A stretch of 61,637 bases of DNA, the filler included, from Rhabdomonas costata (Eukaryota), in assembly GCA_019059605.1 (NCBI GenBank). It is 23 parts of 23 records of this genome, joined end to end, with 100 filler letters (N's around TTAATTAATTAA, not from the genome) between each part and the next. Parts side by side here need not be neighbours in the genome. Positions count along the whole stretch, not along the records: positions 10,743 to 13,327 come from JAHMHO010002740.1; positions 13,428 to 16,013 come from JAHMHO010002741.1; positions 16,114 to 18,686 come from JAHMHO010002742.1; positions 18,787 to 21,370 come from JAHMHO010002743.1; positions 21,471 to 24,057 come from JAHMHO010002744.1; positions 24,158 to 26,741 come from JAHMHO010002745.1; 17 more parts are not named here. One strand, given 5' to 3'. The translations under genes and the position numbers were made by a program. Shown here piece by piece: positions 12,379-24,623 of this stretch (position 1 is its first letter; the number at the start of each line of letters is the position of its first letter). The notes below the pieces were generated by a model. It saw nothing but the letters and a program-made list of their open reading frames with translations, ran no database searches and had not been told where the DNA came from.

Positions 12379-14433
12379 TATATGTTCTTTTATCTCAGAG
12401 AGCACAGAGAAAAGTTCCCGCGGCGCAACCCGACACACAGACGCACACAGCACAAGAGAGAGAAAGGCACTGTAGGGAAGGGAAGATGCTTTTGTGGTAA
12501 GGACAGGCGTGATTGGGGTGCTCGCAGCTGCGGATGCATCAGTAGGTAGGTATTGGGGAGAAAGATCGTGCCATGGCTTTGCCAACAGTGAAGCCGCATT
12601 GAAAACCCACAAATGTCAAGCTCTGAAGAGCTGTCGTCAAGAATGAAGAGCGATAGTGCCATCGCCTTTTGATGGGTATCATCCCTGGCACCCGCACGAT
12701 GTCGGGTCGCTGAGTTGGGTAGCAGGAACTCATCCAACATCGCTCAAAACCCGCGGCACCTGAGTCGCTGGCCGAGCTGCGGTCGTTGGCAAAGCTGTCA
12801 AATTTTTAACCGAACGCCACCAAAGTCTCCTCGGGAATAGGCACTGCAAGCGTGGCCTTAGGATCTGCGAACCAACAACAACTAAAACCGCTTCCACCGG
12901 TGTGGTTGGGATTAAACAATAACATGCTTGAGGTCGTTAAGTAAGAATCCAGCGCGATCCGTCTGCCATTCGAAAGGCGCTGGTACCACTATGACACTCT
13001 CCTCTGAATTGCAGCGGTGCGAAGCTACAGCGGTTTGGTTTGTAGAGGCAGTCACAATCACCATAACCCTTCTGAGTCTTCACAAGGTTCCCAAATGATG
13101 TTGTTGATCAAGGCTGAGCAGCGGCCGCGTATCACTCTACCACTTGTAGGGAGTGTGACGGGAGCGTTGAACTTATAACAGACTTATGCTCCGCTTTTCG
13201 CTGTAGCACCCACCATCGAATTTCGGAGCCAATATTATCCGCAACGCAAAGCATACTCTCCCTGGAAAAAGCCTCAGGAAGCCCACGCGCACGTCTGGCG
13301 CCTCCGACACCGCCTGCACCACACCCCNNNNNNNNNNNNNNNNNNNNNNNNNNNNNNNNNNNNNNNNNNNNTTAATTAATTAANNNNNNNNNNNNNNNNN
13401 NNNNNNNNNNNNNNNNNNNNNNNNNNNGTCGCGGGGGAAACGCGCCGATGCGAATGGGCCGCCCCCACCGTGAGACTCTTGGGCCCTGACTGCGCAACCG
13501 AAGCAACCCACCGCGGACGCGACCGCCTTCACGGGAGCCTTCGCCCAATCAACCATATCTAAGAACAAAAACCTTGGAACCCGGTTCTCAAGGCGAAATT
13601 TCCGTTTCAAACATCCCCGTTTCTATGGGCATTTTCCGGTTCATCCGGTTGGATTTGTGTGCCATGGTCCCACTTGCCACCCTGTGTTGCCGCCGCCCAG
13701 AGCGGCAGAATAAGTAGCCCCAGCCCGGCGCTTCACCAAAGCAGCTTGAAGCTCCCCAAGGATGCTACGTAGAATACCTTCAAAACAAACATCTCAAATA
13801 TCTACCTTCCGTTGGCGGCTAGTCGGCTCATATGTGTTAATTGCCAAAAAAAATACAGGCGGTTATTTTGGGGCCTTGAACCTCCGGCCCATGGGTCGCT
13901 CTGGGAGCGTCCAAATTTTAGTACTGATAGCCGCTTGTCTTTGACATGCGTTTGGTGGAGAATCTCAAAGCGTTTCTATTTCCGGGTGGGTGTTTGGGTT
14001 TCAAATTCTGGGCTGGGAGTTTGGGTTCCCTTTTTTGTTCCGGGGTTCTGGGTCCGAGTTTTGTCTTCAAAGGTCTTCCGTTTTGTGTCGGCCCCGGCGT
14101 TCGTTTTGCGTCTTGGTTCCGTTGTGTTTTGGATTGGTCGTTGGGATTCAGTCTCGACTGGGTTCTTGACTGGCGTAAATTCTCGCGTCGTCGTTTGTGC
14201 TTCGCGTTCCTGGTTCGTTGGTTCGGTCTTCGGGATTTGGGCCCTTGGGAAGGCCACACTGCTGAAGGGTTCGGGGGGCAAAGGCACACGTGCTGATTCT
14301 GAAGGAACCAAATATACCCGTCTACACCCAAGGCGCAAGGCGGGGCATCAGCAACACCTCTAAATCTCCAAATGCCTGGACGCCTCGTCAGTAAGCAACA
14401 AAACGCGCAAGAATACCCTGTATGCGCTTGCAG

Positions 14434-14632
14434 GGTTCCGGTTGAACCAAGGGGGTCCCACTTGGGGCAATGTGACCTGGCTGCCCCGGCAGGCTCACGC
14501 AGGCGCCCACACCTCAGCCCCAGAGGACTTGATGTACGGTCAGCCCCCGAAGATCCTGGCCGACGAGTCCAGCAATGTCGTCAAGTTGATGTGGCCCGAG
14601 GGCACGGAAATTACCCCATCGGAGTCGGCCTC
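14434..14632 (+). CDS. Candidate internal exon of a hypothetical protein
   Basis: A GC3-rich open block between ttgcag| and |gtagtt reading FRLNQGGPTWGNVTWLP...KLMWPEGTEITPSESAS. No domain recognised. Confidence 0.35.
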
Positions 14633-14712
14633 GGTAGTTTTTATTTCGCTCTGAAACCCCACCCCACACCAACTCTCACACCCACGTCCACAGGTCCGGT
14701 CTGTGGGGGGGG

Positions 14713-14870
14713 TTAAACGGTATAACGCCGTTATCCGACATAACGGTTTTATATGGTTTAAGGGCGTTATACGGCGAAGAACGAAACTGAACCACGGGGG
14801 CCAGGCCCATCTGGACCTTAGTGTATATGCAATGGTTTGACGCGTATCGCCACATAGTATTACAATCTAC
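14713..14870 (+). repeat. Dispersed repeat family B, copy 1
   Basis: ttaa..gtataacgccgttat...cgaaact...agtgtatatgc..ggtttgacgcgtatcgccacatagtattacaatctac aligns by eye with 50757-50895. Confidence 0.85.
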
Positions 14871-16282
14871 TTCCCACCTCAGCTGCCCGCTCCAGCCCCG
14901 CCGCGGAAGCCCCCGGTGCTTTGAAAGCACCAGAAGAACAGAACCTCACAGAACCTGAAATTGTCCTCGCCTCCCAAATCTAGTGCCATACGTCTCGGCT
15001 GCTTTTTGAATGTGAGGCTCGTGAAGCTGCGATGCTATTTTCCATTGCGTTAAACGTTGTCTTCGACAAGCAAGCTCGCCGCTGCGTGCAGTATAAAGTG
15101 GCACAAAGGACCCGCCTATTTTAGCGTATTGGGAAGTGTTGAATGCAAAATCCCGTCCTGCTTCTGTTTCGCCCCCGTGAACCTGACAGCAAAAAAATGG
15201 CGGATGTCGCTTTTTCATTGAAGTCGGGAAGCCCTTCTGCTGCTGTTTCGCACAGGTTCTGGTCCGGATCTCCAACTTGAAGACCCCTAACAACTGCGAC
15301 CCCCCGCGCTGGACTCTAAATACATACCGATGCCGCACCTTGGACCTGCTTGGACAAGGTCTCGTCACCCCTCACCCCTCACCACCACACATCACATACT
15401 CAAGTCCCGAACGCATAGCTGCCCGCCACCCTCCCATGCATCCTATCCAGCTGTTTCCCTGTAGATTTCCCTTGGCGCACACCTCAGCAACTCCTTCTAC
15501 CAACATCTACGCTTTGCTCTGCTTTGCTACAGCCGCCAGCGCATCCACTCCTGCCGTGCCCTCCAGTCTGCTTCACGCCTCTCATTTTTTTTGTGGGGGG
15601 GGAGGATTTGTGCTGCTTCGCTTATGCCGTGCCCTCCCCTCTCACTCCTCCGCTCTCTCTTCTCTCTTCCTGACCCCTTTCCCTTTACTCTCCTCTTTTC
15701 CCGTGTTCCTTCCCACTCCTCAGGACATCCTTATTGTTTCTTTCAGTTCAGTAGCTATTTTCCTTCGAGTGCTTATGTGCGACAATATCGTAGGGATGGG
15801 GGGGCTTCCACACAGGAGTCCTTTTCGTGCCCGTGTGCGACGGTCCGATATTTTCGGTTGACTCCAAACCTTCCACGGGCGCTGCTCAGGGCTGCAGTAT
15901 GTCGCCAACCTCCACTCCCCACCCATCCCACCCATATACGCACGCTTATCGACAGAAGTGGCGGCATGTCCCGCGGCAGCAGTGGATGAAGACAGAAACA
16001 CGCCACAACAAAANNNNNNNNNNNNNNNNNNNNNNNNNNNNNNNNNNNNNNNNNNNNTTAATTAATTAANNNNNNNNNNNNNNNNNNNNNNNNNNNNNNN
16101 NNNNNNNNNNNNNGGTGTGTGGGCAAGGTCAGGCAGGTCAGTCTTTTGGAGGCAAATGAAAATCGTTTCCAGCGCAGTTTGGCAACAACCCGACACTTCT
16201 GATCCAATTTGTTTACTGTGGGAAGGACAGTCACGGCGCTCACTGTGGTCTTTTGTTTGCCATGCTCCGTCCTATTTCTTAG

Positions 16283-18439
16283 GGCAGTGGAAGCAAGGCA
16301 TCATGGCAGGTTTGCGCGCTTTGTACCATCGTGGACCAAAAGCCCGAAGGACTAACTAGCACTGTGGCCAATGATTTTGTCCTGAAAGTTCGTGTGCAAG
16401 TTTAGTGGATGTGTGTGGGCTTGCATGCAGAAGTCAATACCTGCGGTTCCCTTTCCTTTCTCTAAGCAGCCTCCCTCACCTGGCGCATGTCTAAAGGACC
16501 ACCTATATCCTGTTTAAGTCCCCTGCCCCCCTGCGGAACTTCTGTGGAATCTAAGAACGTGAACACGTCATTTCGGGTTTTGGCTGCATGCTGCAGTTGT
16601 TTGTCGGCTCGTGGGTGCAGGGCATGGGGTGTACCGCTGGAACAACGGTGACGTCTACGAGGGGCAGTTTGAGAATGGCTTCATGCATGGTGTTGGCGTG
16701 CGCACGCTGATCAACGGAGACAGGTTGGCGCCACGCATACCCATTTGCTTCCATATCCCGTCTCTCTTACTCTACCTCTCTTTCTCTCTCTTCCCATCAC
16801 TCCCTCCACCGTGTATGCATTGCCATGAACCTCGCCCCCCGCCATGGTGGCCTGTCCCACCGAGCCCTTGTCATCAACCCACACAACCCGTACGGAATCC
16901 TGTGATATGGTACAACAGCCATCTTTCCTTGTCGGGAGACTCGAACGTACGCTTCGGCTTTGGCTTATCGCCGCCCCAAGACAGGGGCAGAGAGGTAGGG
17001 GCCTGTAAATCCCATGCGCCCCAAATACCGCAATTTTAGATCAAGGCTGAGGGCTGCTTTATATTGGATGAAATTTGGAGGGGTAAGACATTGCAACCGT
17101 CGTCCGTTTGTCTAATTACGCTCCATTTCTCTCTCTCTGTATGTGTGTGCTCGCTTAGGTATGCTGGGCAGTGGCAAGGAGACAAGGAGCATGGCCAGGG
17201 GGTGTACACGTTCGCCGACGGCAACGAGTACGACGGGAGGTACGCCCACGGGCAACGCAACGGCTTTGGGGTGTACCGCAAGACGGACGGCTCCCGCTAC
17301 GAAGGCGTGCAGTTGCGTTGTTGCTTCCTTGTGGGCACACACTCCTTCATTGCGGTGGTCATTTTCTGAGATCAATTGATGCAACCCCCCCTCCCCGCAT
17401 TTGCGTAAGCACCCACGCAAACATGCACACGCTCGCAGTGAACAGGTGTGTTCAGCTGAAAGATGGTCTTCTTCCTTGCAAAACTCTGCTGTCTGGGCGG
17501 CCATAATATTAAGCAAGTGTATTTTGAGCTTCATCTGACCTGGCCAAGGGCACGTTTGCAAAAATAGACCAAAGGCGTACATTCCACACTTTCATGGATA
17601 TTTGGCATATCTGGAACTCTGTTGTCAACCTCATCCCTGGAGTATCCATAACCGCTTCTTCCTATGTCTGTGTTTGGTTTCCGTTGCTATGTGAGTATTG
17701 CACCACCACACTGCGATGTACCGGTACAGCACCCATCATGCCTCCCTCTTGTTGGACATGGTTGTTGCTGGTTAGTTTGGACACTTTCGTGTCCGCACGC
17801 ATTGTCTCCTATTCAGGGGAATGGAAGGACAACATGATGCACGGCCGGGGAACCTACTTCTACAACCTGGACGGCGGTCCCTCGTACAAGGGGGACTGGT
17901 TTGAGAACAAGATGCACGGCCTGGGGATCTACACCTACGAAAATGGGAAGAGGTAGGAGGGAGCCTGCGGCTCTTTTCTGTGAGAGCGCTTGCGTGCAGG
18001 ATGCACAGGGTTGGTATGTGTGTGTGGATGTCAATGTGGAAGATGAGGGGCAATGACTGGTTTCTGTGAATGCGTGTGAATGCTGACGCCGTCTCAATGG
18101 ACTTCGTCTAGCTTTCTGCTGGTTCTGGAACAGTTGAATGTCACAGAAGCGAGGGCGTTAGGGTTGGGGGTATCATACGGCGGATCCCCTGAGGCAGCAT
18201 TTCTCCCCTAACTCTCTTACTCTCTTTGTCTATGCCCAGCGTCGGTGCGCAATTATATGCTCTGGGCTCGTGCATGTCCGGGCATGCATTCAGAGCTGCT
18301 CAGTGTCACCGCAACTCCGCACAGGTTCGCTGTGTCTTACGACAATGGCAAGTGCATTCGTATGGTCGCCTTTACTGCCGCCAGCCCCCTGGCGATCAAG
18401 CCCAGCACCAACCCCGACAGGAAGGATCCTCCGGAGTAG
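16283..18439 (+). CDS. MORN-repeat protein, 3' part (5 exons visible)
   Basis: Exons at 16283-16309, 16621-16723, 17159-17304, 17817-17952 and 18325-18439 give repeats such as YEGQFENGFMHGVGV, YAGQWQGDKEHGQGVY and YKGDWFENKMHGLGIY, ending in TAG. Confidence 0.9.
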
Positions 18440-18686
18440 TAGCCCCCTACCCCACAGGGAGGAGAGGGGAAGTGCGGGAGCCCTGCCGCATAGGTCCCCT
18501 CTTTGTTCGCACTGTCAAGACTTCCCCCTGGTTTTGCTCTTTGTCTGCGTCGTCCATGGTCTTCCTATGTCTGTGTTTGGTTTCCGTTGCTATGTGAGTA
18601 TTGCACTACCGCACTGCGATGTACCGGTACAGCACCCATCATGCCTCCCTCTTGTTGGACATGGTTGTTGCTGGTTAGTTTGGACA
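17657..18686 (+). repeat. 127-bp direct repeat (17657-17783 and 18560-18686)
   Basis: The copies are identical except for two substitutions (caccaccacactg vs cactaccgcactg). The second copy runs to the contig end. Confidence 0.95.
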
Positions 18687-18919
18687 NNNNNNNNNNNNNN
18701 NNNNNNNNNNNNNNNNNNNNNNNNNNNNNNTTAATTAATTAANNNNNNNNNNNNNNNNNNNNNNNNNNNNNNNNNNNNNNNNNNNNCAGCTGAGAACCAT
18801 CGCTGTTCCTGAAGAAGAAAATGGAAGCAATCTGCGCCGCTTCCTATTCCCCTTCGTCATTAATTCAGATACAGTTGCTTGGGAGGGAGTGAATGTGTCG
18901 GAGACAAACAGAAACATCT

Positions 18920-19230
18920 CAACCATATCATTCATTTTATCCGGTTGCGGCGCACGCCAGCACCAACCTAAATCGATGGCCTCACCACTGGCCATTTTTT
19001 CAACTCCACCTGAGAAGAGCACTAAGAAACAATGCAGAAAAGAAAAACGCTCACAAGTTCATGAAGGACCTCAACGCATACAATGGGACAGGGGACCCTT
19101 CGGGGAGAGCTCACAAAGACAAGGGACCCGGATGCGTCATCGCGTCTGCCAGTGGGTGAAGAAGGTCCACGACAATAATAATGATGATATTCGCAACAAA
19201 ACGAATGAGGCCAAGCCTGCAGTCCAGATC
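18920..19230 (+). mobile_element. Possible decayed pogo/Tigger-like DDE transposase fragment
   Basis: Stitching across frames gives SFILSGCGARQHQP / IDG / FQLHLRRALR / MRHRVCQWVKKVHD, resembling the DDE_1 C-terminal pattern FIPxGCTxxxQPxD...FKxxLR...VxxWVxxAW. Several frameshifts are required. Confidence 0.3.
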
Positions 19231-22119
19231 ATACAGATTGAAGGTTTAATGGAAGCTTAACTTGCTGCAAACCGTGAAACCGGGATCCGACTCAAAGCGC
19301 TACAGAACCGTTTCTCGAGACTCTTTGGAACAGGCGTTTGATAGCCCCATCCTTTGAAGGCAATCCCTCTTCTTCGTCCTGAGCCGTTCACGGGCGAAGA
19401 GGAATTGTGACCTGAGTTTTTGTTTGTTCTGCCGAAGCTCCGGGCTCGCAATGCTCCTCTCTGCTTTGGGACTCGCTTCTTCACATTCAGTTGCTGCAGG
19501 CACTCCTTTGTACCGTTGCCGTGAAGATTTAGTAGGTTGAGACCATGCTCTCTGTGAGCTTGTTTTGCTTAATGAGCGCGAACTAACTCGGGAAAAATCT
19601 CCGACTTTTTAAAAATTGAAAATGCTGAACTGCCGTAAGTGGCAACTGCGGTTTGTGAGTTTCAAGCCTCTTATCGCCGATTAACGGTGCAGTCCCTGCC
19701 ACCGTCGCCCAGCTGGCGTTCCGGGGTTTTCTGCCCCCCGCTTTGGCTGCACCCCTAAACTGCCTTCTAAACGCAGCTTGTCAAAGCCCTACAAGGGGTA
19801 AGTCCTCATCGGGAAGAGGAAATTAAACCTGAAATGTAAGCCACTCTCAGAGCGTATTTGAATTAACCCTCCTGTCGGTTTGGCTTTTTTCTATAACAGG
19901 GCGTATTGTTTCGAATTTTGCTCTCCTTGTGCCTTGTGTCGGCATCTTTGTATTTTTTAAATGCCTCGGCAGAGCAAAGTGGTGAGGGGTCGTCGCCGTG
20001 CGCTTGGAAAGAGGCGTTCCTCTGAAGTTCAGCAGGACTTAATCACGGGTCAGAAAGCTGACGATGTCGCCTCGTCTGCAGATAATGGACTGGCATGTGT
20101 GTGAGGGGTTGGGAACTGGCTGCAACCATTACTCCCATCGTGATTTACAACATTCGCCTGTCCCCAAATTCCAAATCCAGCCCTCGGATATTCCATGACC
20201 TTCACTTCATGGTCTGTGTAAACATTATGTTGAAGTGTATCGCTCTGAATTATAGTTATTTTTTGTCTGGTTTGCAGAAAGCTTTGGAGAAGGCAGCGAG
20301 CGGCATGGATCTGGATGAGTCAGACAAGGCCGCTTGCCCAGAGGAACCGACTGCTGGTTCTTCTTCAGCAGAGCCTGGCAGTTCTTCTTCACCTCTTTTC
20401 TTCAGAAACAGCGAGGTCAGCTCTCATATAATTTTCAATGAAGTGCTTCCTTTCTCCAAGGTGACTTTCAAAAATCGAATTCGTTTTTTATGCAGGGAAA
20501 GCTCGAGTGCCACAACCGCGCCTACGACATGTTTCACATCCTTAACACCGAGTTCCCCTGCATGAGCCTTGACATCGTTCTGGACAACTTGGGCTTCAGT
20601 CGGGTGAAGGTTGGTGATGTTGGGTGTCCGTGCCATTGCACCTGAATGAGAACCTGCGGTGGCCTACAGGGAAGAATTTTAGCGAACCTTTTTAACGAAA
20701 AATTTTCTATGAAATGCTGAATTGACCAACTCCGAACACCCCAGTGCGCCGAGAACGGACCCATTTTTTTTGTTTTGGGCCTCTGTACGTCGCCGCTGTG
20801 AGACTCTTTTTCACACTCGCACTTTTTTACACCCGTTTTGAACATGGTTGATTGAGCTGATATTACTTTCAAGCTTGGTGACACACGTACCTGACCGTGT
20901 TGTTTTTTTTACCTTTGGTGATTGTTTTAATGTTGATGAGCTTTTCTCCTTATTATTTTCCTGTATTTCAGTATCCTCTGACGTGCTTTCTGGTCGTCGG
21001 TACGCAAGCTGAGCAGCCCAAAGACTGCTCTGTCATCCTGAAGAAAGCCTCTGCGTTGCATCGCACCCGCTTCGATGAGGATGACAGTGAAGAGGAGAGC
21101 GACAATGAAGACGACGACGAGGAAGGTCTGAGGGAACGCAATGGTTACATTTCGGTTCTTTGCACTTTGATCAACTCAAAAACGTTTAATCCTGAAGGGT
21201 CGCAAAGGCTTTGCTGTGGAGGGAATGCGGCTATTGTGGTGGTGGTGGTTCCAGGTTGCACCAGTGAACAAAGGTACATGTGTTAGCCTGAAACACAACT
21301 CTCCCCAAGTCAAAGAAGAAAACATCTGTCAGCCTCCAAACAACACCACAATAGCCGCATTCCCCCCACANNNNNNNNNNNNNNNNNNNNNNNNNNNNNN
21401 NNNNNNNNNNNNNNTTAATTAATTAANNNNNNNNNNNNNNNNNNNNNNNNNNNNNNNNNNNNNNNNNNNNGTGGTGGTGTTACCCTTTCGGCGTGCAGTG
21501 CGGCGGGGCGGTCGCCTCCTCCGCTTCGTGTCTGCTCCCGTGTGGGTGGCTGTGCGCGGGTGTGCCCTTATGTTGGCTTGCTTCGGTGGTCGGGCTGGCC
21601 CCGACGGCTGGCGCGGGAACTTGGGGTCGGACAGGGCGTCCGCCAGGATGGGAAAGTGTTGGATTTTATGACGACTATGCATAATACCGGCAAGGCGATA
21701 AAAACTTATTGAAGCTGAGGTGTTCTTTTTGCGGGTTATTAGCCAATTCAGGCATGACGTCCTACAAAATGCACGGACGAAACGGGCTTTGCCTTCGGAG
21801 TGGCACATGAAACCCGCACATGTGCATTCTAACTCCACATAGACGAGTGTGTCGGTGAAAACAGAGGGGCACACTTGAAACAGGGAAACCCATTCCATTT
21901 CTGGAATTGCCGGCCGCAAATGCGAGAGATGAGCCCCAAGACATCAGCTGAGAAACCGTGGGCAGATACTCACGAACTCAACCAGTCACCACAAGTGGCT
22001 ATATACCAGTGGCCACCACGTACCACACAACAAGAGTCTTCCAAAGGTGTATATATGAGCCTGGGTGCTTGAATCTCCTGAAAACACTGAAAACTCATTG
22101 AACAGTTCCGCTGTCTCTC

Positions 22120-23835
22120 TTACTTCTTGGCCGGAGCCTTGAAGGTGGCCAGGGCAACTCCGCTGGTCACCATCTGCGCCAGGGTACCGTACAGGACCCG
22201 GTTGAGGTGCTCAGTGAAGGCAAACGCCGCCTCGGTCACGGGGTACTGCAGAATGGGCGGAATGGAGGTCTTGACCCCAGGGATACGATCCTCGGTGGAG
22301 GCACGGGCAACGCAATTGCCGCGAAGCCCCTCTCGGCCGGCGAAGCGGTCAAAGCCGGAGATCTTCACCCCGCCAAAGGGCAGCGACTGGCAGAGGTAGT
22401 TAATTCCTGGAATCGCATGAGAATACGGAAGCGCTGCAACTGATTACGTGGATAACTATTTGTCCCAGGAAAATTCATTGACAGGTGTACATGGAAAGAA
22501 CATGTGGCGATATGCACCAAGAAGCAGAAGCAGAAGCAGAAGCGGTGCAGCGGGCCCGGCGCACGCACCGAAGTCATTCACGTTAACCATCCCTGTGACG
22601 ATGCGGTCCGCAATTGCCCGTGCCCGCGCCACATTCCCGGAAAATACACTGGAGCCAAGGCCGTAGGGACACCTGCGTAGAGGCAGTCGGGGATGCAAAG
22701 CGACTGAAGCAAACCAAGAACTGCAGCACCTTACACGCGGGTTCTTCTCTGACAACTGGGGACACCACTTTTCCTCTTTTCAGATGCAAAATGGAGCAGG
22801 TGAGTACAGAATTGTAGAGGGGCGAGGTGCGGGTGCGGACGTACATTGGTGAGTCCCTCCGCAAATAGTGACCTTCTGAATAAAAGCAAGCAACCGTGTC
22901 CATCACTGTCACAATTTACTGCCCTCATCCCATGTCCGGAAATTGTGGGGACCACTACCCCACATGTAGAGTCGCTGCGAGTCACGGTTGCACAGTTGCA
23001 GGGGGGGAAATCGAGGGCAGGATGAGGGGTGGCCAATTCCCACCCCTGCCACCTGTTCACGATCTCAGTCGCCTCCTCGTCGGACTCGAACTTCATCACA
23101 ACCAGGATGGGCCCAAACACTTCCTCGTTCGCAATCGGGGTGTCCACGGTGACGTTCTGCGCACAACAAAAAAGACCACGCACAGAACAGGACGAAACAC
23201 ATCAGCTCCCAAGGTCCGCTTCGGCTCTGCCCTCACTGTTACCGTTAAGCAAAGCAAAAATGGCATGGGACAGACGTTTCCAAGGGGGAGGGGGCAGAGA
23301 CCTTATGTCCACCTTATGTCCGTCCTCAGTCAATCCATAATGGGCTGCCCAAAAGTTTCAACTCTCCGCCAGAGCTATCGCTTACCTTGGTTCATCCCAC
23401 TTGTGAGGGTGCGCAGCTACTTTGTGCAGACAGTAGCGGTTATTCCAGCGAAAAGAAGGGGCCCGTGCCTCCTCCATCGTTGCCCATCTTGAAGAAGGGA
23501 TTCGAAGAGATATGAGGTGATGCTTGGTTTCGCTGGAAGTCCAACATATACACCCCCCCCCGGGTCATTAGGTGCAGGACATACGGTGATGAGAGTTGGA
23601 GGGAAGAAGTTGTCACTGGTGGCCTTACCCCCGGCCAGAACTTTGGCGCCGGCCTTGACGGAGTCGTCCAGCAGCTTCTGGATCTTCTTCACGGAGGCCC
23701 CACCCATGGTCATCGCGCCCAAGTCCTTCACCGGAGGGGCGGAGGAGGGACCTTGGGACAACCCCTTCACCGTCTCCAGCAGTGCACTAACCACCTTGTC
23801 GTGGATGGAAGTGTGCAGCAGCACCCTCTCTAGCC
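22120..23835 (-). CDS. Aldehyde dehydrogenase, ALDH22/Msc7-like, 3' four exons
   Basis: GT-AG exons give [14 protein letters not shown]..., [31 protein letters not shown]...GMVNVNDFG and [28 protein letters not shown]...[18 protein letters not shown]. Stop at 22120-22122. Confidence 0.9.
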
Positions 23836-24161
23836 CTGCAAGGTGGGACAGCAAAGTACAGCACCTCAAGCACCTGCGAATGTCACCACAAGACCGAAGA
23901 CACAAAGACAAATGCACGGGAACCCCACCCAGCAAAAAGAAGACCACCAGCACGAACCACGAACCACGAACCCACAAAACACAAAGCTCACCAACCACAC
24001 CAGCCAATGCAGCAACCAACACCCGAACCAAAACACGTACAGAGACCGCTAAGAGCTNNNNNNNNNNNNNNNNNNNNNNNNNNNNNNNNNNNNNNNNNNN
24101 NTTAATTAATTAANNNNNNNNNNNNNNNNNNNNNNNNNNNNNNNNNNNNNNNNNNNNGGTG

Positions 24162-24309
24162 TTTTTCATAACCTGAGAGCTTGAACCCAAAAAAATAGCA
24201 TCGCTAGGACTATTCACTCCCTTTCTTACTACTGAGGGATGGGTTGGAAAAGAGTGAATAGTCCTAGCGATGCTATTTTTTTGGGTTCAAGCTCTCAGGT
24301 TATGAAAAA
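24162..24309. repeat. Perfect 58-bp inverted repeat with a 32-nt loop
   Basis: 24162-24219 is the exact reverse complement of 24252-24309. It sits at the contig start. Confidence 0.95.
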
Positions 24310-24623
24310 GACAACGCGTCAATCGACGAATTGCTTTAAGACCACGAAATCCAGAAGTGCTTTCCATTGTCAGGGACTCAGTGGATGGAACGAAAAATCA
24401 GTTATGGTACTTTGAGATGTGTGAAAGGGACGAGATGTTATTGGTTCGGTAGGCGGGATCCTTCCTTTCCCCCTGCACTGGAACCGACTCTGCGAATGAT
24501 CTCCGATCGCGTTTATGAGTTCGAGCAGTATCGGTCGTCCTTCGAAATTTCGAAAGGGACATCTAGACAGAACAAAGAGATCACTTCCCCCACCCCCATT
24601 CCCCTCTATGGGTATGCCCTCAG

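Noticed and set aside
13940-14250. A-poor, G/T-rich stretch producing several overlapping ORFs
   Set aside because: The ORFs arise from compositional lack of stop codons; there is no protein motif or exon signature.
21215-21370. 27-bp inverted repeat at a contig end
   Set aside because: It ends in the primer-like A/C terminal tract and is most simply an amplification or assembly fold-back.
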